Shown here piece by piece: positions 10,329-20,400 of a DNA stretch of 64,000 nt. The notes beneath the pieces are model-generated. The model ran no database searches and was not told the DNA's origin. It was given only the letters and a program-made list of their open reading frames with translations. Every line of letters begins with the position of its first letter. Position 1 is the stretch's first letter. The stretch lies in the sequence record LC819005.1. The stretch is one strand, 5' to 3'. The translations under genes and the position numbers were made by a program.

Positions 10329-10413
10329 GTTTTTACTGAGTCGCTTTCGGCGAAACAAAGATGAACGGTACAAACAATAGCAGGGCGCTAAGCCCCGCTA
10401 TCGTTCTTCTCTT

Positions 10414-11727
10414 TTACGCGCGGAACGAGGAGCCTGCACGGAACATGTTGAGCACGTCGCCAATGTCCGGGCCACCGTTCTTGTTCGAAGCCTTCAGATC
10501 GCGCTCCGAGAGTTCGGTGTATTCCGGGATATCCCGGGTGTAGACACGCACGCGGCCCCACTGCTTGTCGATGATGAACATCAGCATGCCGTAGCCTTGC
10601 TGGAAGAGCTTCTGACGCGTGTTGAAGTCCTTCAGCTTGCCGTAGATCTTCATCTCCAGCGCTTCGGCCGTAGCCGACGACATCACAACGATGTTCGAAG
10701 CGTTGTTCGCCGACACCGAAGCGGAGAGCGCTGCGGACAGACCGTTCTGACGACGCTTTTGCATCATCTGCAGGTACACGCCCGTCTTGTCAGCCTTCAG
10801 GTTCTTTTTGTGCGCATCGATCAGGTCCTGGCAGAACACGAGATCACGCCAGAAGTCGATCCCGCCGAGACGCCACTTCTTGAAGCGTGCGCCGAAGCTG
10901 ATGTCTTCCGAGCCCGAAGCGAGAATAGCCACGAGCGGAGCCGTGCCGATGTACATCGCGTTCAGACGGATCACGACCGGCACCGTCACTTCACGTTCGT
11001 TCTCTTTGATCGTGAGGTTGATCATGCGGCCAGCGCCGAGGTTGACCGGATCGCTGATGTCGACGGCCTTGCCGATCGACACCTGACCCGCGTAGTTCAG
11101 CGCGGATTGTGCGCCAGCCTTGGCACCGGCTTTGGCGCCACTGGCAGCATCATCGATGGCGGTCGAGAACGGCGTGGGCGTGCCCTTGCCGACGGGTTGC
11201 TGGCCTTTGATCGACCACGGATCATTCGATTCGAGTGCCGGCGTTTCTTCGACGTCCGCAGCACGCTTGGCAGCGGCTTCGGCATCTTTCTTGACGGCGG
11301 CTTCGAGGTCTTTCAGGTCCTGCGGCAGTTCGCGCACTTCGCCGTCGACCACGAGCCGATCGTCGAACTCTTCGAGCGCGGCCGAAGCCAGTCCGCCGAT
11401 GGTGCCGATCGCCGAAGCCGTCGGGTTGCGACGCGTGGCAAACTTGTCCAGACGCTGCTGCACGGAGGCATTGCCAATGCTAATGTTGTGCATTGAAAAT
11501 GCCCGGAGGTAATAGCCGGCGAAGATCGATTGTGCCAGTTGAAGCGTGTCCGGCAACAGGTCGGAATTGCGCAAGTCTTCATCAACCAAGGTCGTCGGAG
11601 CGATCTCGCCTGCCTGGGCATACCCCACCAACGAGTCACCCTTGGGCAAGTCTGCCAGCATCTTGAAACCGTGCTCGATAGCAGCACCGGCTACCTTCAT
11701 TCCGTAGTTTGCTGCAAGTGTGTTCAT
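10414..11727 (-). CDS. Internal head protein (phiKZ gp89-like), start MNTLAANYG
   Basis: Contains AALEE/PALES sites and GGIDFWRDLVFCQDLID. Divergent from the gp88-like gene as in phiKZ. Confidence 0.7.
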   Translation of the reverse strand: MNTLAANYGMKVAGAAIEHGFKMLADLPKGDSLVGYAQAGEIAPTTLVDEDLRNSDLLPDTLQLAQSIFAGYYLRAFSMHNISIGNASVQQRLDKFATRRNPTASAIGTIGGLASAALEEFDDRLVVDGEVRELPQDLKDLEAAVKKDAEAAAKRAADVEETPALESNDPWSIKGQQPVGKGTPTPFSTAIDDAASGAKAGAKAGAQSALNYAGQVSIGKAVDISDPVNLGAGRMINLTIKENEREVTVPVVIRLNAMYIGTAPLVAILASGSEDISFGARFKKWRLGGIDFWRDLVFCQDLIDAHKKNLKADKTGVYLQMMQKRRQNGLSAALSASVSANNASNIVVMSSATAEALEMKIYGKLKDFNTRQKLFQQGYGMLMFIIDKQWGRVRVYTRDIPEYTELSERDLKASNKNGGPDIGDVLNMFRAGSSFRA

Positions 11728-11754
11728 TTTTTGTTTCCCAAAAAGAAGGATTTG

Positions 11755-12939
11755 ATGATGTCTAATTTGTTTACTGATGTCTGGGGGAGGACATTCACCC
11801 AGGGTGGAACGGTAAACGGTGTAGATGACGTGTGGGCGCGCAGTCCGGTGGGTAACCCGAACACTGCAGTTACTGAGACGTTGTATGGTATTAACCACCG
11901 CAGTCTGAGCAACAGTATTCCCATCAACAAGGACTACTATGGTCTGGCCTTTTTCACCAAGCCGGATTTGCGCTTCACCACGGACAATCTCATTAAGCTC
12001 CGTAAGTTCGCACCCATGCTGACTTCACGTGAAACCTCGCTACCGCGCGCAATTCGCGCGATGCTGGATTTTCGCCACAACACTCATAATGAAGATAGCT
12101 ACAATTGTGCCCTGATTGATCCGAAGCAGATCTTCATTCCGATCCTGACCAACCAACTGGTGTCGATGTCGGGCTGGCCCGACGTCGAAGCACCGACCTT
12201 CAAGAGTGATGCAGGCGTCTACGGCGAGGAACATTCGTTCGTCGACGGGATCACAGACATCTACCGGACGTGGGACATGACGGCCAACTTCCGGAACATT
12301 CCCGGCGATCCTATCACGGCGATGTTCTGGTACTGGATCTCTTATGCTTCAGCGGTGTTTGAAGGCACCCTGACCCCATACGCAGATAACATTGCGGAAA
12401 ACGTGATCGACTACCAGACTCGGATCTACCGGGTGGTGTTGGATTCGAGCAAACGCTTTGTTCAAAAGATTGCGTGTACGGGCGCAGCGTTTCCGACGGG
12501 TGTACCGATGGGGATGTCGTTCAACTTCGAGACCGATACCCCGATCAACCGGTTGGACCAGATTCCGATCTCTTTTCGCTGCATCGGCGCCGAGTATCTG
12601 GATGACATGATCATCCACGATTTCAACAAGGCGGTGGTGATTGGCAACCAGGATATGGCGGATGACCAACGCGATGGCGCAGGCCTCGTCAAGGTGCCGT
12701 ACGAGTTCATCTACCTCTTTAACTACCTGGGCTATCCGCGCATCAATATCCAGACCTTTGAGCTGGAGTGGTGGGTGTACAACAACACCTATCAGGAGAT
12801 GACGGGCAGCTCGGGTGATGGGGCTTCGATGCCGGACGTGGATCTGGCGGATGTGGACTCGGGCGATCTGAATACCTACACGGGCATCCCGATGACTGGC
12901 ACGTCCTCGACCTCACCGGGTGGCGTCCCGAACAAATAA
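11755..12939 (+). CDS. Virion structural protein, tail-tube/tube-initiator-like fold (phiKZ gp88-like)
   Basis: Motifs YQTRIYRVVLD, ACTGAAFPTGVPMG and QIPISFRC resemble tube-fold proteins. Start at MMSNLF. Confidence 0.65.
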   Translation: MMSNLFTDVWGRTFTQGGTVNGVDDVWARSPVGNPNTAVTETLYGINHRSLSNSIPINKDYYGLAFFTKPDLRFTTDNLIKLRKFAPMLTSRETSLPRAIRAMLDFRHNTHNEDSYNCALIDPKQIFIPILTNQLVSMSGWPDVEAPTFKSDAGVYGEEHSFVDGITDIYRTWDMTANFRNIPGDPITAMFWYWISYASAVFEGTLTPYADNIAENVIDYQTRIYRVVLDSSKRFVQKIACTGAAFPTGVPMGMSFNFETDTPINRLDQIPISFRCIGAEYLDDMIIHDFNKAVVIGNQDMADDQRDGAGLVKVPYEFIYLFNYLGYPRINIQTFELEWWVYNNTYQEMTGSSGDGASMPDVDLADVDSGDLNTYTGIPMTGTSSTSPGGVPNK

Positions 12940-12952
12940 TCAGGTAACCACT

Positions 12953-15889
12953 ATGACTGCAACATTTTCCGATCTCTCAACCAGTCTGAATGCGTTTCGC
13001 TATAACCCGACCCGGATGCAGGCAGTGATCCTGCGGGCGGTGCGCGACGTGTACGACGGCAAGTACGACATCGTCGATCCGAGCAATCCCTTCGTGCACT
13101 TGGTGGAAGCTACGGCGACCGTCGGGGCTTCGGTGATGACTGAGTCGGCGGCAAATAACCGCAAGCAGTACGCCAAGGTTGCGCAGAACATGCAAGACCT
13201 GTATCGCCACATGAACTATGGCGACTTCACCGACATCTTCGCTTTGCCTTCACAGGCAGGCTTTGTGATCGGCTTCGACAAGGACGAGCTGATCTCCCGG
13301 ATGGTCTCCGTGCCTGGCACCGAGATCCGCAAGATCGTGATTCCGCGTAACACCACGATCTCGATCTCGGGGGTGTTGTTCTCGTTGCAATATCCGATCG
13401 AGTTGCGGCAGTTGGCGCACGGTGGTTTGCAAGTGGTGTACGACGTCTCCAAGACGACCCCGCTTAAGACCATCGAGTCGAACGTGATCGACTGGAAATC
13501 GATCCGGGACAGTTCGGGCAACGAACAGATCTTCTTCCCCGTGATGCTGGACCAGTTCAATATCACGACGCTGAGCGACGTGGTCAACAGCACGCAGAAG
13601 TTCTCGCTCTCCACCACGATCTCCGATCAGTTTTACTTTGCTCGGGTGTGGCGCGAAGCGTCGGATGGCAGCTGGGTGGAAATGGATACCACTTACAGCC
13701 AGGACATCTACAGCAACAACGGCCCGGTGGCAATTGTCAAGGTGGTGGACAAGCAGGTGACGGTAGAGATTCCGATCGTGTTCGTGAAGACCGGTCAGAT
13801 CTCGGGCAAGATCCGCATGGACATCTACCAGACCAAGGGGCCGCAAACGCTGGACCTCTCCAGCTTTGACTACAAGCAGTTCGTGGTCAACTGGCTGGCG
13901 ATTGACGTGAACGAGCGGGACCAGTATGTCTCACCGTTGAAGGCCATGACCTCGACCCAGGTGTATTCGAGCGCCATGACGACGGGCGGCCAGGACGCCA
14001 TGACCTTTGACGCCCTGAAGGATCGGGTGATCTCGAATGCGTTTGGCTCCACGGTGCTGCCCATCACGCCGGCACAGGCTCAGAAGAAGCTGGAGCGCGA
14101 TGGCTACAACATCGTGAAGAATCTGGACCACGTGACGGATCGGGTGTTTGCAGCAGCTCGTGCGATGCCGGACCCGACGGACACGGATCTGATCACCCCG
14201 GCCTCTGCCGGTATTCACACGCTCTCGGACACCATTGAACATCTGAGCGTGTTGTCGACCACCTACAGCAACAACAACGGCGTGAGCCTGACGGTGACAC
14301 CCAATACGCTGTACAAGGTGGTGGGTGGCGTGTTGCAGGTGTGCTCGGATTCCGAAGTGCAGTTGCTCAACTCGTTGCCGGGTGACAAGAAGGCCACGGC
14401 GATCACGCAGGGTGGGTATTTCTACTCGCCGTTCCACTACGTGTTCGATACCGACAACAACACCTTCGACTCGCGGGCCTACTACCTCGACTCGCCGGTA
14501 GTCAATTCGCGCAGCTACGTGGATGAGAACGATCTGACGCTGCTGTCAGTCGCCACAGGTTCGGCTGTCTTGCAGCGTACACCTTCGGGTTGGTCGTTGA
14601 CGCTGGCGACGTCGTCGAGTGCTGAGTTCCAACAGCTGGATGACGAGAACGTGCACGTCACGCTCGCCTACCAGCCGGATCGTTCGGGTGACTACGCCTA
14701 TACCCTGGGTACACTGCTGGGTAAGCTGGATACGGGTGAGCGGGTGTATCAGTTCGACATCAAGACGAGCTACGACATCGATGCGAATAACTCGATGGAG
14801 TTGACCAACTTCATGATGTACGAGAACACTCAGCAGTTCCTGCGCACGACGCTGGAGCAAAGCTTTGACGTGTTCTGGTCAGTGTCGGTGCCGATGCCCT
14901 CGGGCTGGGAGCCGGCTGCATTCGATCCGTTGATTGGCCGCTTCCTACTGCCGGAAGGTACGGTCGGTGTCTCGCGTGAACGAGTGGACCTGATTCTGGG
15001 TTATGCGTTGACGAACCTGTGGACGCGGGCCCGGACGGTGGTGGGTGAGAACGACTACGCTGTGTGGGATGTGGATGTGCAAGCCACTTACGAGAAGGAC
15101 GTCTACCAGGCCGATCCGGTCACGGGTGCTGCGTTCACGATCGTTAATGGCCAGCTCGTCTACACCAAGCTTCACGCTGCGGGTGATCTGCAATTTGAAG
15201 CGGACGGCACGACCCCGATCTACAAGTATCACAAGGGCGACATCAAGAAGGATGCCTATGGTAATCCTGTCGTGGTGGGTGGGCGCAAACTCACACGTCA
15301 GATCGATCTGTTCCTGCTGGAAGCGCAGTATTTCTTCGCGACCAACAAAGTCACGACCGATTACCGCAAGCAGCTGGTGGATACGATCGTGGGCTGGATC
15401 GCTAACGATCTGAAGAGCCTCTCGACGATGCTGCTGGACAAGACCTCGATTTACTTCTATCCGGTGCAGAACGTGGGCTCGGTGGATGTGGTCTATGGCG
15501 CGGGTCTGAAGTCGACGATTGATGCGGGGCAGTATTTCAACCTGCGTCTGTACGTGAAGGACTCGGTCTACAAGAACGACAAGCTGCGTGACGCACTGAC
15601 GCGGGCAACGGTGGTGACCTATAGCGAATGCTTGAAGTCGAAGACCGTGTCGAACTCGCAGATCGTGGATGCGCTGAAGACGACCTACGGCGATGACGTG
15701 GTGGCCTTTGATCAGGAAGGCTTGGGTGGTGAGGCAGCTCTGTCCATCTGCACGATGGTGGATGACTCGGCCCGTCTGACGTTGCGTAAGAAGCTGGAGT
15801 ATCGTCCGGACCAGACGTTTGCGTTGCGGGAAGACGTGAACATCGAGTTCGTGGCGGCAGAACGCGCTGGCGTGGTGTTCGACCAGTAG
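12953..15889 (+). CDS. Large baseplate wedge-like virion protein (phiKZ gp87-like; T4 gp6-like)
   Basis: About 980 aa beta-rich protein. GGQDAMTFDALKDR resembles the gp6/baseplate-J GG-x-D-x-E motif. Confidence 0.65.
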   Translation: MTATFSDLSTSLNAFRYNPTRMQAVILRAVRDVYDGKYDIVDPSNPFVHLVEATATVGASVMTESAANNRKQYAKVAQNMQDLYRHMNYGDFTDIFALPSQAGFVIGFDKDELISRMVSVPGTEIRKIVIPRNTTISISGVLFSLQYPIELRQLAHGGLQVVYDVSKTTPLKTIESNVIDWKSIRDSSGNEQIFFPVMLDQFNITTLSDVVNSTQKFSLSTTISDQFYFARVWREASDGSWVEMDTTYSQDIYSNNGPVAIVKVVDKQVTVEIPIVFVKTGQISGKIRMDIYQTKGPQTLDLSSFDYKQFVVNWLAIDVNERDQYVSPLKAMTSTQVYSSAMTTGGQDAMTFDALKDRVISNAFGSTVLPITPAQAQKKLERDGYNIVKNLDHVTDRVFAAARAMPDPTDTDLITPASAGIHTLSDTIEHLSVLSTTYSNNNGVSLTVTPNTLYKVVGGVLQVCSDSEVQLLNSLPGDKKATAITQGGYFYSPFHYVFDTDNNTFDSRAYYLDSPVVNSRSYVDENDLTLLSVATGSAVLQRTPSGWSLTLATSSSAEFQQLDDENVHVTLAYQPDRSGDYAYTLGTLLGKLDTGERVYQFDIKTSYDIDANNSMELTNFMMYENTQQFLRTTLEQSFDVFWSVSVPMPSGWEPAAFDPLIGRFLLPEGTVGVSRERVDLILGYALTNLWTRARTVVGENDYAVWDVDVQATYEKDVYQADPVTGAAFTIVNGQLVYTKLHAAGDLQFEADGTTPIYKYHKGDIKKDAYGNPVVVGGRKLTRQIDLFLLEAQYFFATNKVTTDYRKQLVDTIVGWIANDLKSLSTMLLDKTSIYFYPVQNVGSVDVVYGAGLKSTIDAGQYFNLRLYVKDSVYKNDKLRDALTRATVVTYSECLKSKTVSNSQIVDALKTTYGDDVVAFDQEGLGGEAALSICTMVDDSARLTLRKKLEYRPDQTFALREDVNIEFVAAERAGVVFDQ

Positions 15890-15899
15890 CGGCTAAGCG

Positions 15900-15934
15900 G
15901 CATAAGGGCCGGGGTCACCCCCGGCCTTTTATGC
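15900..15934. terminator. Bidirectional terminator with GCATAA...TTATGC flanks
   Basis: AGGGCCGGGG/CCCCGGCCTT stem between convergent genes. Confidence 0.8.
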
Positions 15935-15946
15935 TGTCGTGAGACT

Positions 15947-17023
15947 TTATGCGGTCAACACGTCGTAGGCGATCTTGTGGACCGTATCCAGACGCGTGCA
16001 CAGTCCGACGTAAGCCGTCATGTCGGAGAGCACCTTTTGCACCAGCTGAAGCTTCTGCACCGATTCTTCCGAACCGTCACTTTGCAGCTTTTGCACCTGA
16101 CCCTGGAGGCTCTCGATATACTTCGTGAGCGTGTCCAGCGTGTAGGTGGCTTGTGCGTAGGTGATGGCTCGGCCGAGGATAGCGTTGTTCAGACCGTAGA
16201 CAAACTTCATCAACGTGTCGTCGTTCTTGCTGCCTTCCTTGGCCTCGGTATTACAGACAGCCACCGCACGCATCAGATCAGCGATGTCGTCTTCGACGCC
16301 GTCAAGGTGTTCGACATCGGTCCGGGCGATCTTCTTGGCCAGACCCATAGCCGACTCGTAGGACGCATGGAAGGTCTGGTCCAGCGAGACGCAGAACAGC
16401 ACCAGACGTTCAGCCCCGAGGTTCTTCTCGATGGCTTCGGTCTTCTCTTCCATGAACTTCTCGACGGCTTCCTTGCGGGTGAACTTCTTGCCGAGGTAAC
16501 CCTCAGCCCGCGCGAATGCTGTTTCGAGCACGTCCTTGCTGATCACCTTCTCAGCGACGACGACATCACCTTGTTGCTTGGCAGCCTGGGCCGAGGAGTC
16601 CTTCGCCTTGTTGATGGCCGTCGCAGCATGTGCTGCTGCCGCGGCTTCACCGGACTTGGCTTGACGGATCACGTTATCGACCACCTTGGCCAATTGGTCA
16701 TCCGTCGGACCCTTCAGATGTTTCAGTCCTTCTTCCCGCGCTTTCGCATCCTTACCGCGACCACCCAGGAACTTCTTGATGTGGTCGACGATACGACGGA
16801 TAAACGCCATGATCGCTTCAACCATGCGCTTGACCACGCCCAGCTTTTCCTTGCCGTCCTTCTTGGTGTCGGAGTCGGTGGATTCCAGCCCCACCGAGTA
16901 CCACGACTTACCGAGCTTGACGCTGGTGCTGTAGTAGTCAAGCGTGCCTTGCGACACGGCCTTCTCCAACGCCTGGGCTTCCAGGGCGATAGAGTGTGCG
17001 AATTCTTCTGTGTTGTTATTCAC
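15947..17023 (-). CDS. Internal head protein paralog, second cluster
   Basis: IALEA, ALEK and GLES sites, followed by helix GVVKRMVEAIMAFIRRIVDHIKKF. Confidence 0.7.
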   Translation of the reverse strand: MNNNTEEFAHSIALEAQALEKAVSQGTLDYYSTSVKLGKSWYSVGLESTDSDTKKDGKEKLGVVKRMVEAIMAFIRRIVDHIKKFLGGRGKDAKAREEGLKHLKGPTDDQLAKVVDNVIRQAKSGEAAAAAHAATAINKAKDSSAQAAKQQGDVVVAEKVISKDVLETAFARAEGYLGKKFTRKEAVEKFMEEKTEAIEKNLGAERLVLFCVSLDQTFHASYESAMGLAKKIARTDVEHLDGVEDDIADLMRAVAVCNTEAKEGSKNDDTLMKFVYGLNNAILGRAITYAQATYTLDTLTKYIESLQGQVQKLQSDGSEESVQKLQLVQKVLSDMTAYVGLCTRLDTVHKIAYDVLTA

Positions 17024-17037
17024 GATGGCTTGTCCTA

Positions 17038-18468
17038 TTAGCCGAGAATTGCTTCCGCTTCACCCTGCTCCATGCCGAGGTTCTTGGCTTCTGCCAGCAC
17101 TTTCTCACGCAGCTTGGCGGAGACCGCTTGCTGCAGAGTTGCTTTCAGATTGGCCAGACCGCGCAGGAAGCCGATCAGCTGTCCGATCACCGAGTACGAG
17201 AACGCGATACGTTGCGTGGTCGGAATGATGACCTGCTTGTTGAAGTTCTTGAGTGCGTCGAGCGAGGCCTTGGCCTGTTGCTCCAGCTGCTTGTCCGGCG
17301 TGTACAGCTCCATGCGGTACAGCGACTCGGTCAACGTCTCCATTCCGGAGAGGAGCTTTTGCTGGTCGTGCATGTCCGACTCCAGCATCTCGCGACCGTA
17401 GATGAATGCGGCAGTCATCTTGGGCGACGCAGCCAAGCGGTAAAAGTCTTCCCACTTCTCAGCACGGTAGTCCGAGTTCAATTGCTTGAACGCGATCAGG
17501 GCTTTGGCGTGCGCGTCAGCAGCCGCGACGATCTTGCTGAAGTGGTCGCCCGTCACTGCTTTCTCGACGCCGTCGTAGTCCTTGCGGGACACTGCGCGTT
17601 GCAAGTCAGCGAGCAGGATGTTCACGTTGACGATGCTGTCTTCATGCGTGGCCATCAGCGGAGCGATACTGTCCTGATCACCCAGGAACTTGGTGACGAA
17701 CGGCAGCTTCGAGAGCATCGCGTTCAGCTCCATCAGCAACGCTTCGTTGAACACTTCGGCCGGACGCATCGTATCGACCACCTGCAACAGCTTGGCGGTC
17801 TTCTCAGCCTTGGCTTTGGCTTGTGCGGCGACTTCCTGATCGTGCTCGGCTTGCTTAGCCGCTTCGTCAGCCTGACGCTGCAGCACAATCGCACGTTCCT
17901 TAGCCTGCTGGATGATCTCGGCCGTTTCTTTCTCGTAGCCGCCGAGTGCGGCACCCACTTGCTGCACTTCTTCCTTGGCCGTGCCCAGCAACTTCACGTT
18001 CTCGGGCGTGGTGATTTGCTTCTCACCGACACGCGAGACCAGGCCCTTGAACCAGCCGACGATCTTGCGATACATGTCGACGATAAAGTCCTTGATCTTC
18101 TGCAGGATGCCGCCCTTCTTTTCCTCGACCTCTTCGTTCGCCACTTGCAACAGCGTACGGCTCGGGTGTTTGGTGAAGAATTCGACCGGCCGGTCGTCAT
18201 TCAGGAAGCCGGGCATCAGGCTTTCGCATTCCAGGGCGATAGTCTGATCCATGCCCTTGTTGGCCTTGATGCTGCCTTGCAACAGTTCGAGATCGCGCAG
18301 CTGCACTTCGAGGTCTTCGACGCCGACCGCGATCAAGTCGATGTCATCACGCAGCTCGGGAAGTTCCCCGTTGTCGCTTTCCTTGAAAGCGTTGACGGTA
18401 ACCGCCGGGGCTGCTTTCGGTTCCATGCTGTCGTCTGCCAGCAGGAATTCGTCATTCAATCCGGACAT
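17038..18468 (-). CDS. Internal head protein paralog, second cluster (start MSGLNDEF)
   Basis: IALEC and ANEE sites, followed by helix GILQKIKDFIVDMYRKIVGWFKGL. Confidence 0.7.
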   Translation of the reverse strand: MSGLNDEFLLADDSMEPKAAPAVTVNAFKESDNGELPELRDDIDLIAVGVEDLEVQLRDLELLQGSIKANKGMDQTIALECESLMPGFLNDDRPVEFFTKHPSRTLLQVANEEVEEKKGGILQKIKDFIVDMYRKIVGWFKGLVSRVGEKQITTPENVKLLGTAKEEVQQVGAALGGYEKETAEIIQQAKERAIVLQRQADEAAKQAEHDQEVAAQAKAKAEKTAKLLQVVDTMRPAEVFNEALLMELNAMLSKLPFVTKFLGDQDSIAPLMATHEDSIVNVNILLADLQRAVSRKDYDGVEKAVTGDHFSKIVAAADAHAKALIAFKQLNSDYRAEKWEDFYRLAASPKMTAAFIYGREMLESDMHDQQKLLSGMETLTESLYRMELYTPDKQLEQQAKASLDALKNFNKQVIIPTTQRIAFSYSVIGQLIGFLRGLANLKATLQQAVSAKLREKVLAEAKNLGMEQGEAEAILG

Positions 18469-18544
18469 GGTGGATGTTCTCTCAATAATCAATGGAATAA
18501 AGCTCCAGTGGACCGCGTCCACTGGAGCTCTGTGTTGCTGAAGC

Positions 18545-19873
18545 TTAGAACTCGATCTGGAAGCCCTTGCCGTTCAGTGCCTTGACCAGCTGGGCTTTCT
18601 GCTCTTGCGACAGACCCGAGCCAGCGTTGACTACCGCCTTCTCGAATGCGTCGACCAGACCCATCAGGGACTTGCCCACTTCGTTGATCGAGGACACTGC
18701 ATCAGCCCGCACTTTCCACAGGCGCAGAATGTCTGCGCCGAGCTTGGCAAGACGACGATAGAGGCCAGCGATCTTCTGCGCGAAAGCATTGCACTTCTCA
18801 GCCGGGACATCGTCCGGGATCATTTCCAGGATGTCTTCGAGCTTGGTCATGTCGCTCATCTGGATCACGTGCTTGACCGCGCCCACCATGTTTTCGACCT
18901 GTTGCTGGATCGACACGCGTTTGAAGTCTTCGGCGGCCTGGGAGACGTTCTCGTACAGCTGATTGAACGGCACCGGCTTGTCATCGCCCATCTCGGACGA
19001 TTCCTGGTCGTTGACCACCATGTTCTTCTCGAACGCGTCCAGCTCGTGGGCAATCCCGTCGATGCCTTCGATGGCCTGATAGAACTGCTCGGCGCGGCGC
19101 GTCTTCATTGCCGTGTCTGCAGCCTTGCTGGCCTTGAAGAGGATCTGGGCGATCGCCGAGTTGGCATCTTCCTTGAACAGCTCCTGTACCGAGACAATGC
19201 CCTTGGCCAACCGGTAATGCACCGGGTTTTCCGACATCTGTTGTTCCAGACGTTCAGCTGAGGAATGCAGGCCGTTCAGCTGATCGGTCAGGCTCGCTGC
19301 GTAGGCTTTGGAGTCGCCATCGATCCAGCGCGCGATTTCATCCGCGGCTTCAGCGGGATCATCCGGCAGGCTGGTGATATAGGCGATCGCTTCCTTGTTG
19401 CGGCGCTCAGCGACGAACTGCTGCAGGCTTTCGTCCAGCTCGGTAGCACCGGGCTTGGAGAACTTGGCTGTGAGCCAGCTCATGAAACGCTTGTACAGAT
19501 CCGCCACGAAGGTACGTACCTTCTGCACAATGGCCTTCAGGGTCTCTGTAACGGCCTTCACGCCGTCGTTGAGCCCTTCCAGCGACGGACGGTGCGTAAA
19601 TACGGCGTGGCCGCCTGCGCGCTTCAGGAAGCCCGGATCGAGCTTGTCGAGTTCGCGTGCCATATCGAGATTGATGCCTTCGATGGCCATGCGCGAGCCC
19701 AGTGCTTCGAGGGCGCACGCGGCGTCATCCAGCACGTCGAGATCGTCCTGCACCAGGTATTCACCCGGCAGCTCCATGTCCGCGTCTTCCGCCCGGTCTT
19801 CTTCACCGGAGAGCGGTACGTTGGTGATTTCGAGTTCCGGTTCGTCCTCGATAACGAGAATCTTCAGGGACAT
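18545..19873 (-). CDS. Internal head protein paralog (phiKZ gp86-like position)
   Basis: ALEA and SLEG sites, followed by helix LKAIVQKVRTFVADLYKRFMSWL. Confidence 0.7.
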   Translation of the reverse strand: MSLKILVIEDEPELEITNVPLSGEEDRAEDADMELPGEYLVQDDLDVLDDAACALEALGSRMAIEGINLDMARELDKLDPGFLKRAGGHAVFTHRPSLEGLNDGVKAVTETLKAIVQKVRTFVADLYKRFMSWLTAKFSKPGATELDESLQQFVAERRNKEAIAYITSLPDDPAEAADEIARWIDGDSKAYAASLTDQLNGLHSSAERLEQQMSENPVHYRLAKGIVSVQELFKEDANSAIAQILFKASKAADTAMKTRRAEQFYQAIEGIDGIAHELDAFEKNMVVNDQESSEMGDDKPVPFNQLYENVSQAAEDFKRVSIQQQVENMVGAVKHVIQMSDMTKLEDILEMIPDDVPAEKCNAFAQKIAGLYRRLAKLGADILRLWKVRADAVSSINEVGKSLMGLVDAFEKAVVNAGSGLSQEQKAQLVKALNGKGFQIEF

Positions 19874-19882
19874 GTTCGCTCC

Positions 19883-20335
19883 TTATGCCGTAGCGAAGTT
19901 GTCTTCGATGACGTTGCAGATGTGCAGATACACGCGGCCGATGGCCTGGTTGTTCGTGTTGCAGAACGCGATCGTTTCCGGCGAGAAGAACTTCGGCACG
20001 CCGAACACCGAGCAGAAGAAGTCGCCCGGGACTTGATCCATACGCGGGCACTTGTGGATCGCTTCGTAGCGCAGCAACCAGAAGTTGCGGGCGAAGTCGA
20101 GAGCGAGTGCCGTATCCAGCACTGACACTTCGTTCAGCGAGCTGACCACGCGCTTGGCGAACGATTCCACCGTCATGCGGTAGTGCGTTTCAGCGTCGTC
20201 CACTTCCGAGGACGGCAGCACGGCGTTGCACGCGCAGGCATAACCGATAGCGATGGCGGCGATACGATGACGCTCCTGCACGGGGCCCTGGAGCGATTGC
20301 ATCACATTCACGAAGGGAAAGAGTTTTGCATTCAT
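19883..20335 (-). CDS. Hypothetical virion protein (phiKZ gp85-like position)
   Basis: 150 aa ORF between the gp84-like and gp86-like genes, with RBS upstream. Confidence 0.6.
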   Translation of the reverse strand: MNAKLFPFVNVMQSLQGPVQERHRIAAIAIGYACACNAVLPSSEVDDAETHYRMTVESFAKRVVSSLNEVSVLDTALALDFARNFWLLRYEAIHKCPRMDQVPGDFFCSVFGVPKFFSPETIAFCNTNNQAIGRVYLHICNVIEDNFATA

Positions 20336-20400
20336 GGTGAACTTTGTAAATCTGAATGGGGTGGTAAAAGCCAGGGATATACTATCCCTGGCCTGTGCAT

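Noticed and set aside
1951-10364. Very long plus-strand ORFs (for example 1951-3375, 3394-4929, 5086-6528, 6143-8734, 8838-10364)
   Set aside because: They are antisense shadows of minus-strand genes with strong GC3 bias. They are Arg/Val/His-rich and have no motifs or RBS.
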